Shown here in pieces: positions 10,914 through 25,022 of a DNA stretch of 64,000 nt. Each line of letters starts with the position of its first letter. Position 1 is the stretch's first letter. The position numbers were made by a program, and so were the translations under genes. The notes below the pieces were generated by a model that did not search any database, was not told where the DNA came from, and saw nothing but the letters and a program-made list of their open reading frames with translations. Source of the stretch: Podarcis pityusensis (lineage: Eukaryota); assembly GCA_964106645.2 (NCBI GenBank), contig OZ067044.1; one strand, written 5' to 3'.

Positions 10914-12265
10914 ATCTATACTGAGCAATCCTCTCTGGGTTAAGAACATAAGTAATAAGTAGTTACTTGCCTATGCTTTGGAAGAATCCCAACAACACTC
11001 ACACACTAATATTCCTCCAGAAACTGAACAGTCTATCTTCTGCCCATCTCCACAAGAAAACAAATCTTTATATCTGTATGTCTTCTCACCCCGTGGGTAT
11101 ATGATGTTATAACTACTGAAGATGTTTTCCTAAAAATCCACATCCCTTGCTCATTTAATAGTGGAAAATAAACTACCAGTTCTGTGGTTTTCAGCTGTGA
11201 ACATAATAAATGACACTATAGTTCTCCTTCTTTCAAGTTCTAGCATTGTGATACTTCAGTATTATATTCCATCGCCGCCACCCTTTGCGAATGCAATCAA
11301 ATTTTTTGAATGGGCTATAATTCTTCCACTTTGGGCAAGGCCATCCTTACATCTGACAATAAATGTTTAATGTGTTGTATTTCTCCCCCCCCCCCCCCCA
11401 AAGATACATGTATTGTAAAGCTTGTCAATTTATTTCTGGATCAGTCCAGTTTTTGTTGTTTACAAGACTTGCTTTCCATGGAAGAGGCTTCCAATGTTAC
11501 AAAATCCCTTTGGCAAAGAATAAAATTAAGCTGATACACATTGTGCATATCAGCCTCAAGTAGCATGCTAAAAAAAAGGGGGGGGGAGTAAATATAAAAT
11601 GGCAAGAAAAACTTTCAACAAAGGTACATTTTACATTTGGCAAATGCAGTAATTAAAATTAGTCATAGAAACCTACAGATAGTAGAGCTTAGCATCATAG
11701 TTAATGATTTATTTTATGTTAATGACTTTCTGCTAGGGCATAAAAGACTGCTCATAATGGACTCTCAATGCTCTATTCAGTTGCCAAGGATAATGGGATA
11801 ATCTTCCCCAAAATTAAGCTTTTTTTGAAGTATATTATGCTGTTATTTTTCAAGTTAACTCTTCAAAATTTATTGCAGCACTAATCTTTCAAGACCTACT
11901 TGTATCCTTAATGGAAATGTGTTTTAGAAACATCAGGTTCCTTGCTCGTTAACCAGGTCAGTTAATTATGTTGGAAATGTTTCATTTTTATGTTTAGTTT
12001 TATATTCTAGAGATTAATATTCATGAAGTGGAAGTCTTAAATGTGGCGTTAGATTCTGTGCTGAAGCTGTAGATGTTCTAGTGGATTGCTTAAGTGAAGG
12101 GGTTGGAATATAAAGCTTTTTAGAAATTTCCAACCCATAACTAACTGACCAGTAGTGAAACCATTTTTTCATTTTGGACTGGGATGTTTGTGGGTTCTTT
12201 TTTAAAAAGAATGTTGATAATTGGTTATAACCAACACTATATTTCAATAACAGATAATTTGCCTA

Positions 12266-12421
12266 NNNNNNNNNNNNNNNNNNNNNNNNNNNNNNNNNNN
12301 NNNNNNNNNNNNNNNNNNNNNNNNNNNNNNNNNNNNNNNNNNNNNNNNNNNNNNNNNNNNNNNNNNNNNNNNNNNNNNNNNNNNNNNNNNNNNNNNNNNN
12401 NNNNNNNNNNNNNNNNNNNNN
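12266..12421. other. Assembly gap
   Basis: N run. Confidence 1.
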
Positions 12422-12744
12422 GCAAAGGTCATCACCCTAAGCACCTAAAATACCTATTTTCTATCCAAAATATTTATTAACACCTTAAAAGCATATCTAT
12501 TCATTTTAGTTAACTGTATGTGAGTTAATGACACTCATAGCTTCTTGTGTATCAAAGCTTTTGACTCGCCTGTTGTACTGTGGACATATGTTAGTGTTGT
12601 AGGTAATCTTTTACTGCTATGTTCCCTGCCCCCACCCTTGCCCATTTTAGCAAGCTGTGCAGTATGTGAAGACTGGTCTGGCGTTGTACAATTAACTAGA
12701 TATGCTGCTTAGCAGTAATGCTTAGTTTTTAGGTGGCTTAGTTG

Positions 12745-13130
12745 AAGATCATAGGATAAGAGATCAGGCTGGTGGGATGAGGGACAGGGGCTTTTCTACC
12801 GTTGCCCTATAGCTATGGAACCCCCTTGCCGAAGATGTACAAGCAGCCTCCTCCCTGAGAGTGCTTAGGTGGCCTCTGAAAACATTTTTGTTTAGGATTG
12901 CTTTTAATGAAGGGTTTTAATAGGCAGTAGTCCCTGTTTTTAGTCTTTTGGGTGGCTGTATTATAGGGACAGAAATCCAATCACTTAGAAAGATATGAAA
13001 TGTTATCATGGTGCTGTTTACATTTTATATGGTTTTAAATTGTTTCAAAAGTTGCCAGCTGTCGGGGGAAATACCGAATTTTGAAGGGCACCTAGTAAAA
13101 GTATTAAATAAGTAAAAAAATAAATGAATA
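12745..13130 (+). mobile_element. Decayed L2-type LINE 3' end
   Basis: gacaggggcttttctaccgttgccc...tggaacc...ctgaaaacatttttgtttaggattgctttt followed by a T-rich UTR and an aataa tail. Confidence 0.65.
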
Positions 13131-13973
13131 CACAGTCTTGAAGACTGGCTGACAGTAATCATAGTTAAAATGTAGTGACGTTAATTTGTGTGTGTGGCCA
13201 TGCACACATGAGTAGGGTGTGGATGAGTTTCTTGCATCTGTTTGTGCAGTAAACTTATTTAAGTTTTAGCTTAGTGCTCTGTGCTGTATGTCCATGGCCT
13301 ATTTGTTACTCACATACTGTATTCCCTTTTAAAAGGCAGGGATTACTGTATTCATAAAGGCTTTATAAAATATACTTTCTCCAGACAAAGAGGATTCACA
13401 TGGGATTTCCATTTTGCCAAGGAAACATGCAAATCAATAGGCCAGCACTTATCTGCATTGAAATTAGGTATACTGTAATTTATGGGCATAGCAATATTTT
13501 TTCCTCTGTGTTCCATAGCCTAACATTCTTTAAGGTAACCCTGGTTATGTCTCCTTGGAGAGAAGCAACTGAACAAATCTCATTTTCATATCATGTGCTA
13601 TTGTCTCATGTTTTCTGTTACTCATTTTGATAACCTTGCATTTCTCCCCTCCTGTTTTGATTTGGAAACAAATGTTCAGAGAGCAGAGTGATTCAACTGT
13701 GTTTCTATCATCAAGAGAAATGAGAAAAGCCTGACTAACTGAAGGAGTTTTATTTGTGCCGTACACAGCACACAACAGTTCATTTGTCATGGTTTAAATA
13801 TATAATACAGACAATAAAATGTGTGCAGGCACAGTTGTGATATATGTAGTGTCTGGCCCCGTTCCTATTGTTCGTGGTCTCTACGGTTGTCATACATTGT
13901 TCTTTGCACATCATCCTCTTACTTTGACACAATTTCTAGCTTTCAGTGCTGCAGCATTTTCATTGCACAATAT

Positions 13974-14297
13974 NNNNNNNNNNNNNNNNNNNNNNNNNNN
14001 NNNNNNNNNNNNNNNNNNNNNNNNNNNNNNNNNNNNNNNNNNNNNNNNNNNNNNNNNNNNNNNNNNNNNNNNNNNNNNNNNNNNNNNNNNNNNNNNNNNN
14101 NNNNNNNNNNNNNNNNNNNNNNNNNNNNNNNNNNNNNNNNNNNNNNNNNNNNNNNNNNNNNNNNNNNNNNNNNNNNNNNNNNNNNNNNNNNNNNNNNNNN
14201 NNNNNNNNNNNNNNNNNNNNNNNNNNNNNNNNNNNNNNNNNNNNNNNNNNNNNNNNNNNNNNNNNNNNNNNNNNNNNNNNNNNNNNNNNNNNNNNNN
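13974..14297. other. Assembly gap
   Basis: N run. Confidence 1.
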
Positions 14298-15615
14298 AAG
14301 AAAGATTTTATGTGAAATGCAAAGCGCAAGAAATGTTTTGGAGGGAGAGGAGTAGCAAAACTCCAAAAGAAATATTCTTTAAGGCAGCGTATAATTTAAA
14401 TGATACCAAAATGGTTAAATTATATTCATTTCATGTGGCTCAACAGTTTTGGACATAAGCTGTTACATTTAATGTCTTGCAGAACTTGTGTGTCTGCCCA
14501 GTCTTTTAGAATATATCTGTGTGGAATTCACAGTGTGTTTTTCTAAGTACCGCACTGTGCCCTGAAGGCCTGTTGGAAGAACATTAGAGTTGTCCACTGC
14601 TGGGGTTCCCAAGTATCTCTCGCTATCTGGTAGTGCGAAATTGTAGTTTAATCAGTTGTGGCATTTCCAGTGTGTAACATTCATTAGCAAGGCAATTTGT
14701 CATGACTGTTAATAGTCAGAATGCATCTGTTCTCCTCCTCAGTCACTGACCATGATAGGTACAAAGGCAAATATTTCCATTTCTGAACTTAACTTCTACT
14801 GAATTGTAATCCATGGTTAACTGCTTCAAGATGCATGCACCAGCAGCACATCAACAGGACTATGTTTCCCCGACTCTGCTTTTTATAGGTCCCCCCCCCA
14901 TAAAGTATATTAAAGGCATTAAAGGGTAGGCATTCTTTGATTAGTTGTTAAGCAGGAACTGTAAGTTATGGGTGTGGTATTATCTGTATTCCGAGAATAA
15001 CACTATTTAGAGAGTATCATATATTAAAATGCATGAATATATATATTAAAATAATAGCAGCAAGTATATAGTCTGCCAGTGATTATTTATTTGGAGTGCT
15101 TCACTGATTTTATATTCACTTAATATTTTACAGCCAAAATCTTCCTTTAAATTAGAAAAAACTATTATTGTACATAGCAATATGATCAAGATCTAATTAG
15201 AAAAACTTTATATGTTCACCCTACTCCTGCAAACTCCCTCGTAGTTATGGTTCTAAAAGTAAGAGGTTAATTTATTTCTGTTAGATGTTTTTTACACATA
15301 GATATTGCTCCTGTGAAAGACACAAGCTTTATGGTGCAATCTTAATTTTAATAAAAGGTCCTCTACATTTGATACTTAAAAAAAGAAGAATCTGAACCCA
15401 ATGTTGATAAAATCTCTTCCTGCTGATAACAAAACTGTTACTGTTTAAGTTCTCATTTAGCAGTTAGTTGGTACGCTTCAGTGAATGTTGTCAAAAAGGC
15501 TTTTCTCTTGAGTGATAGCCTTGTAGGAATGTGAATAGAGATTTTAATTGTATATCATGTGTGTATATCAGAGTGAGTGGATTCACTGACTCTACTTAGC
15601 TACATCTTTACAGGT

Positions 15616-15761
15616 NNNNNNNNNNNNNNNNNNNNNNNNNNNNNNNNNNNNNNNNNNNNNNNNNNNNNNNNNNNNNNNNNNNNNNNNNNNNNNNNNNNNN
15701 NNNNNNNNNNNNNNNNNNNNNNNNNNNNNNNNNNNNNNNNNNNNNNNNNNNNNNNNNNNNN
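15616..15761. other. Assembly gap
   Basis: N run. Confidence 1.
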
Positions 15762-16351
15762 CTGGGTTGCTTCCAGTATTATGTATAGTACCTTCATTTT
15801 CATTATAAAGTGACCAGAGAATGCCAGGATGTATTTTTTCATAGCATTTGCTCAGCAAAAATTTATAGCTATCGCAAAACTAGCTTTATTTTCTAAGCCA
15901 GTGAAAATTTTAGCTGAGGCCAACTCTCCTTTAGTAATGTGGTTTCTACAGTCTTGATTCACAAATCAATAAATAGGAATGCATATGATTGAATGGGACC
16001 TGACTTGGCCTAAATCTAAGGCTGATATTTTACCTAGGATTGCACAAAGTGAGGATGACTTTGAATAAAAATGCACAAGGTTCTAGAACCAATGTGCACT
16101 CTCAACTGAGATGCCTACAAATGTGAAGATAGTGCAAGCCTCTTGCATGGGAGGAGATCTGGAAGTTCTGGTTTGTATTAGGAAGCAGAATGCTTGAATT
16201 ACTCCACTTTCTTGTTTCTCCCTAAAGTTTCAAACATCTAGAGGTAGCTGCTCTTTCTGTGATGATTTAATGTTCGTTTTATACCACAAGGGTACTAAGC
16301 ATTATAACAGTGTGAAAAGTGACATTCTAACCAGAAAGCATAAAGCCTAAT

Positions 16352-16596
16352 CAGGGGTCAGCAAACTTTTTCAGCAGGGGGCTGGTCCACTGTCCCTCAG
16401 ACCTTGTGGGGGGCCGGACTATATTTTGAAAAAAACATATGAACGAATTCCTATGCCCCACAAATAACCCAGAGGTGCATTTTAAATAAAAGCACACATT
16501 CTACTCATATAAAAACACACTGATTCCCAAACCAGGCCGGATTTAGAAGGCAGTTGGGCCAGATCCAGCCCCCGGGCCTTGGTTTGCCTACCCATG
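16352..16596 (-). mobile_element. hAT MITE, same family as 8637, opposite orientation
   Basis: Reverse complement of the 8637 element (ttcctatgccccacaaataacccagag...cattctactcat). TIRs caggggtcagcaaac / gtttgcctacccatg. Imperfect TSD gcctaa(g)t. Confidence 0.9.
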
Positions 16597-18220
16597 GCCT
16601 AAGTGTTAAACTACATATTACATTGAAAATCAATAGAGTACTGTGGTTTCCTGAACATTATTTAAAATTGAAATGAAGCTATTATTGGGAGAGGGGCTGC
16701 CAACTAGTTTGCAATGGTGGTGCTGAAGTTGCCCTCCTCCTCTCAATTGTTTTTACTCATATTGCCCACTGTGGTTTGCCTCATGAAGGGAATACCCCAT
16801 CAGGCAAACAGCAGTTGCCCTTTGAAAAAGGGAAACTTGGCCCCACTCCAAAAAGATTGGCAGCTTCCAACAGCTCAGTTTGGGAAAAGAAGTCAGAGAA
16901 TCCAATCACAATGTTTCATGTAAAGTGTAGCTTGTCCTTGAGTAGACTGAACAGGGCAGAAGTCAAAGGAATTTGTGACATCCCTGTAGCCTTTATCATC
17001 TTTACCCCGGTTCTGTTCTTAGCACCCCAGAAAGTCAACTGGATTTACCTCACGATTAGATCTTCCTTCAGATATTCGAGGAATCAACAAGTGATATCAC
17101 TTGCTGCAAACAGTAAAACGCTTGCATACTATGAGGTAGTAGAAATCTCATTAGGATGCTTAGGTTCCAATCTTCAAGGCTGACCCTAATACAGGGTTGG
17201 CACACTGTCTCTGAAACTTGCTCATGAGCAGCACAACATCAACACAGGCCGGAGAAAAACATTTACTTGGATCAGACACTCCTGTATATGTTAACTGTGA
17301 AAGTACAGTAGTTTTTTTAAAAATTCATTGAACATTTAATTGCAGTCGGGTGAAATGTGGAGAAAAAGTTATCTCTGCTTGCCTTGGCTGTTAATTAGGC
17401 AGGTAGGCCAACCCTGTCTTTATTTCAGTATAGTGTAAGATCTGATTGTTTTCCTTAAGTCTTTAGAGATTTGTAATAGTTCAGCATGGTTTGTAGTTGT
17501 TAGACACTCTGGTGTTTTAAGATTGTTGATGTTATTCATGGGTTTTATCTGTACTTTTGTTTTGTTATGACACTGTGTTTCAGATGGAATTTATCTACCT
17601 TGCTCTTAAATGGATATGATATATCAATTGATTAAAAATAGTTTTACTTACTGAATAAATATCTTACATAGCACCAGGAGGTCCATAGTACCAGGTGGTA
17701 GGTATGAATTTAAAGTCTTTATTTCTGTGCACATAGCAGAAGATGCTGCAAGGACTACAGGGAACATAGCAAGCTAGCTCCACTGGAAGACCCTTAAGAC
17801 CTGGTTGTAGCTGTATAGCACCCTGCCTAAGAAATTGATTCAAGGCCTGCTTAGGATATTGGGCCTTAGTGAGCAACATGTACTTTCCATTAGGGAAACA
17901 GGTAGATTTGGGTCTTGATGAAACAAATTACAGGTACAAATTAAGAAATAGTCCTAACATGTCTGTAATTTAATTTGTTGTATCTTGACGCTCTATGTTT
18001 CTTGAGAGTGAGATTTGATACTGGGGCCAGGGAAATGGGTGTCAGGGGATGCAGGGGAATGTCAGCAGACAGTTCAGAAAAGTAAGAACTAGATCCAGAA
18101 AGAACTTTGTCAGGAATTATGCAAGTCAGAGGGCAACTAGAACGTACAGGGTGGTGGAGGAACTAGCATGCTTTCCACACTGCTTCCTCTCACACAGTAA
18201 CTTAACACATAATTGAAACA

Positions 18221-18421
18221 CCTCAGGTTAAGTACTTAATTCGTTCTGGAGGTCTGTTCTTAACCTGAAGCACCACTTTAGCTAATGGGGCCTCCTGCTG
18301 CTGCTGTGCCGCTGCTGCACGATTTCTGTTCTCATCCCAAAGCAAAATTCTTAACCCGAGGTAATATTTCTGGGTTAGCGGAGTCTGTAACCTGAAGTGT
18401 ATGTAACCCGAGGTACCACTG
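18221..18421 (-). mobile_element. Tc1/mariner (Tigger-like) MITE, one end truncated
   Basis: Reverse complement of the 31833 family. Ends gaggtaccactg+TA. Confidence 0.9.
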
Positions 18422-21400
18422 TAAAGTTTTTGTTGATGTTTGACCAGTCCTGGACTCTAGGAATGTGTTCTAGTTTTGCCTAATGATGCTTACTTCTGAC
18501 TAAGGAATGTAGCCTTTGCCAATTAATGAACCAATTATTATTTGGCTTTTTCTTTTTTATATACCAAGTGTAAAAATAGAAATTTTGTTTACATATACAG
18601 GAGCAAGGAAAGGGGGATGTCACATCCCATTGCTAACCTTGTTTATTTCTCTGTGATGAAAACTTCTGGTCTGTACTCTGCTTGTGTATAATCCCCAGCA
18701 GGAAAAACTGAAACAAGCCTGTGACACGGTTTGCTCACAGCACATCACAAATTGTTAAAAAACAAAACAAAACATGAAACCCATTGAATTACTGTACCAT
18801 TCTGCAGTGTATCTGTGTTTCTGGGAATAATCCTGGGTGATTCATTCAGGAGAATGCTGTCAGATTAACTTGTGCTGTGTTCTCACCAAACTGAGGTAAA
18901 TATGCGGAAGGTAAAATACCATTAGTGAAGAAACTTCAGTTAAATGTGTGTTGCTTTTTACAGCATACTCTCATTGTCTTCACTTTCTTTCATGGCGTCC
19001 CCTGACTTTGATGCGGAAAGGGCTCATTTTTAATGCTTTTCAGTGTGACAGTCAGTCTATGCTGAAAACTGCAGCCATCTAGTTGAAAGCTGAAGTTAGC
19101 CCATATTTTTTTTAGCACAACGCTGTTACGATCTCATATTTATCCAGTTAATACAACAGTATAGTTTTGTTTATTGGCCAGAGAGTCAGGGTTTTGAACC
19201 AGAAGAGTTGGATGCAGTACAACACTCTAATAATTTCATACAAGTCATTTTGGGCCTGCTGGGAAGAAATTTGACTTTCATAAGTCAGTGCTTGTAAACT
19301 GTTTATACTTGCAAGTATATAGTTGGATATACTATTGTAAGTGGGTGATGTAAATTACAGCATGGAAAAGCACCTTCCAAAAGAAAGTGCGTGGAAATAT
19401 GTTTCATGTGAAGTCTTCTGACTGGAACACTGAATGGAAGCACTCGTGTGTTGTAGCATTCTGTTGCAGTTGCAGTTGTACTTCTGAATACTAGATTCTT
19501 GGGTAAATATCTCAAGTATGCTGTTGCCTTCGTTCCCTGCTTGTACATTTGGCTAGGATTTGAGATGCCATTTGCCCAAAACAATGCAAGTGAGCGACCT
19601 TACTCCCAGCACCAACCACCAATACCCCATCATTCTTTAAAAAACTGCAACATGTGTCTCAAAATCAGTGGCATGCCATGCATGGTATGCTGTGAATTGT
19701 TTCTCCTCCTACCTCTAGTGGTATCCAATCATAAAAGCCTAATGCATTCAGGGATCCAGTCTATAGGACAGAGCCACTAAATAAGAAGACGTCCATTCTT
19801 TATTGTGAGATGCCATACACTGACCTTTCCAAGAATTCCAACAGTAAATACAATATCCTTGGAATGCCTCTGCCTTCTGTAACAGCTTGTGGATAGCTCA
19901 CTAGTAGTGAAATCCACTTCGTTGTTCTAGGGCTTTTGTGCCAGTAGAGGTGTCCCCTAATGGTGATTTTTATTTTTTTATTTTTTTGCAATACCTCTCC
20001 CTCCATGGCCTCAAAAATCTCTTTCTAGAGGGTTTTCCAATCTGCCAGATTTTCTTGTGAGTCCTGGGCACCACAGGTGGAATCTGCAAAAACATCTTCT
20101 CCACTGAATCAAAAGCCCTTGCCCAATTGAATACAACTGAAAGTTAACATTTATTTATTATACCTCACTGATGAAATATCTGTTTTAACACATTTTTTAT
20201 TTCATCTATAGATAATATCATTTATGATAATTTATTATTTTAAAAATATGTATATTTTTAGAAGAAGCTCTGTTCACAGTAGCCTGGCTAATTTAGTAGT
20301 AGTTTATGTCTTGATTTCAAAAGATGAAGTCCACTTAAAAAGCAATTACCTGACAAAACATATTTGCAAGTAATTATGGCCAACCTTGCTTACAATAGTT
20401 CAACAAACCCTATATTTTCTTAACATGGTATGCAATTAGATTATGATTACACCTTCACAATGGTTTATTGTAAGAATTGAAATACACTCCGGGAGCTCTT
20501 ATTGCATTTTAAACACTCTGTTTGCTTGGGACCACTGATGGCTGTCAGTAGCTCTTCCTTAATACAATCTCATCTCTCCGTTTTTACCTTCATGTGTTTT
20601 AAATTGAGTTCAGTGCCAATAAAATGCTTTCTTCTCTTTGTTTTTGAATTTTTAATGTTCCAGCACTTAAAATAGCTGAAAATGACACAATGCTAGCCAC
20701 AGTTTGGTAGGCTATGTATGTCTTTAGAGTTGTTGGCTCACAAAAAAAAAATGAAACTACTTTTCATGTCAAAAAGAAGGGGGGAGAGGATGGGTTCAGT
20801 ACAGTGTGTGCCCTTTTTTTTTTTTTTAATATTCATCTCTGAATTAAGAATTACCTCTTTAACATCTTTCTTACTTCACTGGTTTAAAATTTGCCTTTCA
20901 TATGCAGGGCAATCTTTGGATGAGTCATTCCAAAGTGCTGGTGGTGTTTGTTCCTTCCTTATAATTGCATTTAGTGTAAAGCTCTCTGCTCTGGGTTATG
21001 TCCACTTAGTTGTTTAGATGAAATAGTGTGTTGCTGAGATGGACAGATTGCACTATTGCAATATGTTTAAATGCAACAACACATGCAGAGTATATGTCAT
21101 GTTTTTATATTAGCCATTTCCTTGGCTTCATCATAGCTTTGGGATTTTAGAAAACTTAGCACTAATAGTATATCTTAATGTCACAAGTTTCTTCCTGAAG
21201 ACCTTATTCATAAATATTAAAGGAACTTTTGTCTACAAGCTCCTTTATTTTGTCAGAATTTAATTTTATTCAGGAGCAGACATAGTGTCCTAACATACAT
21301 TGTAACATTTAATGTAACACGTAAATCACATCTTATTAAGGATTCTATTAAATAATTAAATACTACAATTTTTTTAATGTCATATCTTGAACCTGTGACC

Positions 21401-21767
21401 AAAGTGTTATTGGCAAATAGATGCTTTATTGGAACCTGCAAAGAGTTTGTAGCTTTCTTCTAAGGAGGTTTGACCAATGTTGTGTTTTTCTTTAAAATAT
21501 TTTCCCAGAATTCTTATGCCTGTTATGCAGGTGCTAGTGTTGTTGGGCACCTAGTTTCCCATGCCACAGTCAGATGAACTGCACCACTTGAGTTAAACCA
21601 CAATTTTTCCATAGTCAACAAGCACCAGGTCCATGAAGCCAGTAAACCTCATTGACACATGCCTGCAGTTACAAGCAGAGGACACTAAACAGTGTTATCA
21701 GTGACTACTACTAAAGCATATTCAGGGGCGGTATAATTCTGAGGACCAGAAGCTGGTGATAGGCACT

Positions 21768-21887
21768 GGGTGGTATTTGATTAAGTCAGACTAGATCCAT
21801 TGAAACAAATGGATTTAACTTAATCCTAACACAACCCAATTAACCTCACTGAGCCCACTCTGAGCATGACATAGTTGAAAACACCCA
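21768..21887. mobile_element. Old palindromic MITE
   Basis: Inverted ends gggtggtatttgattaagtca... and ...tgacatagttgaaaacaccc. Confidence 0.5.
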
Positions 21888-22419
21888 TCATTGGATTGTC
21901 ATTGTCAGCTTGACTTAGTCCTAGAGGATAGATCAATTTGCATGATCAAGAAAACCATCTCTGTCTTACCTGAATTAGCAGCAGAGGATGGAAAGCCTTC
22001 CCATTAATTTATGATTTCTTCATATCTATTAATAGGCATTTCTTGGAGTTGCCAGTGAAACTTTAGAAAGGAGCTTCTGCTGTGTGTAGCGGTTTTAATA
22101 TAAAGGTCCTACTTGTGTGTGTGCAGACATGAAATGAATAATGCACCAAAACATGGATGCCGTGAGCAGACAGTGATCAACTAATCCCACTGTCAGGCCT
22201 AAGGCAGGTTCCTCAGAATACTTGTATCCATCAAAATATCTGTCCAGAACTATGAGAAAAGCAAAACTATGAGTCAATGAAATAGGTTGTCAGTTTTTGT
22301 AGTTCTGAAAGCCTTAGGGAGGCATTCATGATAAACTATGAATTCATTTTTGGTTTGTTAAAGGGAATATCTGTCTGTTGCTCTAAAAAGAGAAAAAAAA
22401 ATCTATTTGTACAAATAAA

Positions 22420-23739
22420 TTAAATTAAAATGTTTATTGTTTATAACTTTAATGTTTTTATTCAGTATTATTTACATAAAGGTTATCATCCAGAAGATAA
22501 AATTTTGTAAATAAAACAAAAAATACAGAAAATATCAAACAGATTTCTAAGTATTAAAATTAACCTAGCATAACTTCTTAAGCTGCTTGATTATACTGTA
22601 TCATATTTTTGTGGCAATTAATGTAATAAAGAATTAAGAGTAGAAAGAACAAAAAAAAAATGAAAATCAAAACTATGCTGTGTTTTAAGGAAGCATAAGT
22701 TCTTCTTAAAGTATTTCAAAAATGGACTCCATTTTGCAATAAAATTGTTGTGCCCCTGTCCTATTTCCTTGGATTAAAAATAAAAATATAATCTATTTGA
22801 TTTTGACCTTAGAGCAAAATCCCAAAGTTTATCAAACCATTTGGCTAATGTTTAATTCAACTGGGGACCTCTATTCCTGTATGAGCAAAACTCATATGGC
22901 AACTATCAAATGCAAAGTCAAATTTAGATGTTCTGTATTGATGATAATGATAGTAATAATAATAATAATGGGGGAAGTGCTAATTGGTATCCCAATATGT
23001 TAAATATTAAATTTGTAGCTTTCCCACAATACCGGTATTTGTGCACTATACAGCAGGGGTTCCCAAACTGTGGACCACCAGTGGTCCATGAGCGTCATTC
23101 TCATGTTTCATGGCATGTGGCGTCAAATATTAGTATTATTTTTAATTGTGTTTTTATTGCTTCTTTTATTTTGCATCTTGTATTTTACTGTATTACAGTT
23201 TGAATTCTATGGATTACACATTGTAATTCAATAAAATACAGGATGCAAAATAAAAGAAGCAATAAAAATACAATACAAAACAAACAGCATCTAGCACAGT
23301 GGATTACAACTGCAACAAAAGGCAGAGAAATCATTAAGTGGTTCTTTAAGACCATCAGCAATTTTCAAGTGGTCCATGGGGGGGGGGTGGATTTCAGAAC
23401 CACTACTGTACTACATTTCCAACACATACAATGCTAGCCTCCTGGTTGTTTCCTACACCTCCAACATGTTTTTGAAGAGTACATTTTATTCTATTGATTG
23501 TTACTGGAGTTAGCTACCAGCTGGACAACACCTTAATATATAATGAGAACCTAAGGGCTTTATTTCAGAGTTTTTCCCAGACTCTCTTGGAAATATTACA
23601 TCCAACATCTTGTTCTCATTTTACTATTTATTCTTTCACTTGCTCATTTTAGCTTTCATATTTCAACAGCAATTTATATATCTTAGATAGTTCATATTTT
23701 TCAGTCTTTGAAATAACTTTCTCAAATTCTGTTCATTCC
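22420..23739 (-). mobile_element. Fossil L1-clade LINE, ORF2 C-terminus and 3' end, interrupted by a MITE
   Basis: Minus-strand remnants in the correct order: W*LTP (~23515), CWRC..G..H..W.C zinc knuckle (~23410-23465), NFIAKWSPFLKY (~22710-22750). Contains stops and frameshifts. Confidence 0.65.
23054..23405 (+). mobile_element. hAT MITE with a long internal inverted repeat
   Basis: CAGGGGTTCCCAAACT left TIR, degenerate ttcagaaccacta right end, repeated gtggtcc motifs. Confidence 0.75.
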
Positions 23740-23939
23740 NNNNNNNNNNNNNNNNNNNNNNNNNNNNNNNNNNNNNNNNNNNNNNNNNNNNNNNNNNNNN
23801 NNNNNNNNNNNNNNNNNNNNNNNNNNNNNNNNNNNNNNNNNNNNNNNNNNNNNNNNNNNNNNNNNNNNNNNNNNNNNNNNNNNNNNNNNNNNNNNNNNNN
23901 NNNNNNNNNNNNNNNNNNNNNNNNNNNNNNNNNNNNNNN
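23740..23939. other. Assembly gap
   Basis: N run. Confidence 1.
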
Positions 23940-24134
23940 TTCGTTCTGGGGGTCCGTACGTACCCCGAAAAGTCCGCAACTATAGGCGCTGCTTCTGTGC
24001 ATGTGTGCGGTGCGATAGAGCGCTTCTGCGCATTCGCGTGTGGCAAAACCCGAAAGTATACACTTCCGGGTTTGAAGCATTCGCAACCAAAAAGTTACGT
24101 TACCCGAAGATAACGTAACCTGAGGGTCCACTAC
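23940..24134 (-). mobile_element. Tigger-like MITE, partial and gap-adjacent, related to 54431
   Basis: CpG-rich. Reverse-complement similarity to 54431-54671 (cttctgcgcat, acttccgggtt). Ends taacctgagggtccact. Confidence 0.75.
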
Positions 24135-24254
24135 AAAATTATTATGTCATAAACTTTGTGGCCTGGAACTCAAGTCTATGAAAGTTTATGTCATCCAAAA
24201 TTGTTGGTCTTGAAAGCACTACAGGATTCTCTGGGCACCTTCTGGCTGTCACTA

Positions 24255-25022
24255 CAGGCATTCCTGCCACTTACACAGGGGTTAGGTTCTGGGCCCCCAT
24301 GCGTATAAGTTACAATAGCGTAAGTGAGGAACGGGTGGCGCTGTGGTCTAAACCACAGGGCATGCCAATCGGAAGGTCGGCGGTTTGAATCCCCACGACA
24401 GAGTGAGCTCCCATTGCTCGGTCCCTGCTCCTGCCCACCTAGAAGTTCGAAAGCATGCCAAAAAGTGCAAGTAGATAAATAGGTACCTCTCTGGTGGGAA
24501 GGTAAACAGCGTTTCCCTGCACCGCTCTGGTTTCGCTAGAAGTGGCTTAGTCATGCTGGCCACATGACCGGGAAAAACTGTCTGTGGACAAACATCGGCT
24601 CCCTCGGCCAGTAAAGCAAGATGAGCACCGAAACCCCAGAGTCGTTTGCGACTGGACTTAACTGTCAGGGGTCCTTTACCTTTCATGTGAGCAGCATCCT
24701 ATAAAATGCCTCTAAATGCTCGCCTGTTTCTGGCTCTCCAGCTCACTCTTCAATCCAAACCAAAAAAATCTACCCTGCATGTCAGCTACCAGGCAGGGAG
24801 TCTGAGCAGTTGAAACAAAGCTCCGTTGTACCTCCAGTCTCTTTGGGGCTTCTTCCACCCTCATGTCCTCTTCTGGCTATGGGGAAGATCTCCTCATGAG
24901 CCACAAGGACTCTCCAGGTCTCTCCTGCCATTTCCTGGTATGATTTTATTCATTGATTTCCCAGCACTGCACGTATACGTGGTTGCACGTGAGTCAGTCA
25001 CATGTAAGTCGGGAGACTCCTG
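24255..25022. mobile_element. Older Tc1/mariner-type MITE interrupted by a Sauria SINE
   Basis: Imperfect TIRs TA|CAGGcattcctgccACTTACA and TGTAAGTcgggagactCCTG|TA, with TA at both flanks. Confidence 0.6.
24327..24683 (+). mobile_element. Sauria SINE (Squam1/POM type), near full length
   Basis: Head gggtggcgctgtggtctaaacc with B-box ggtttgaatccc; body aagtgcaagtagataaataggtacc...gctggccacatgacc; tail caggggtcctttaccttt. Confidence 0.93.
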
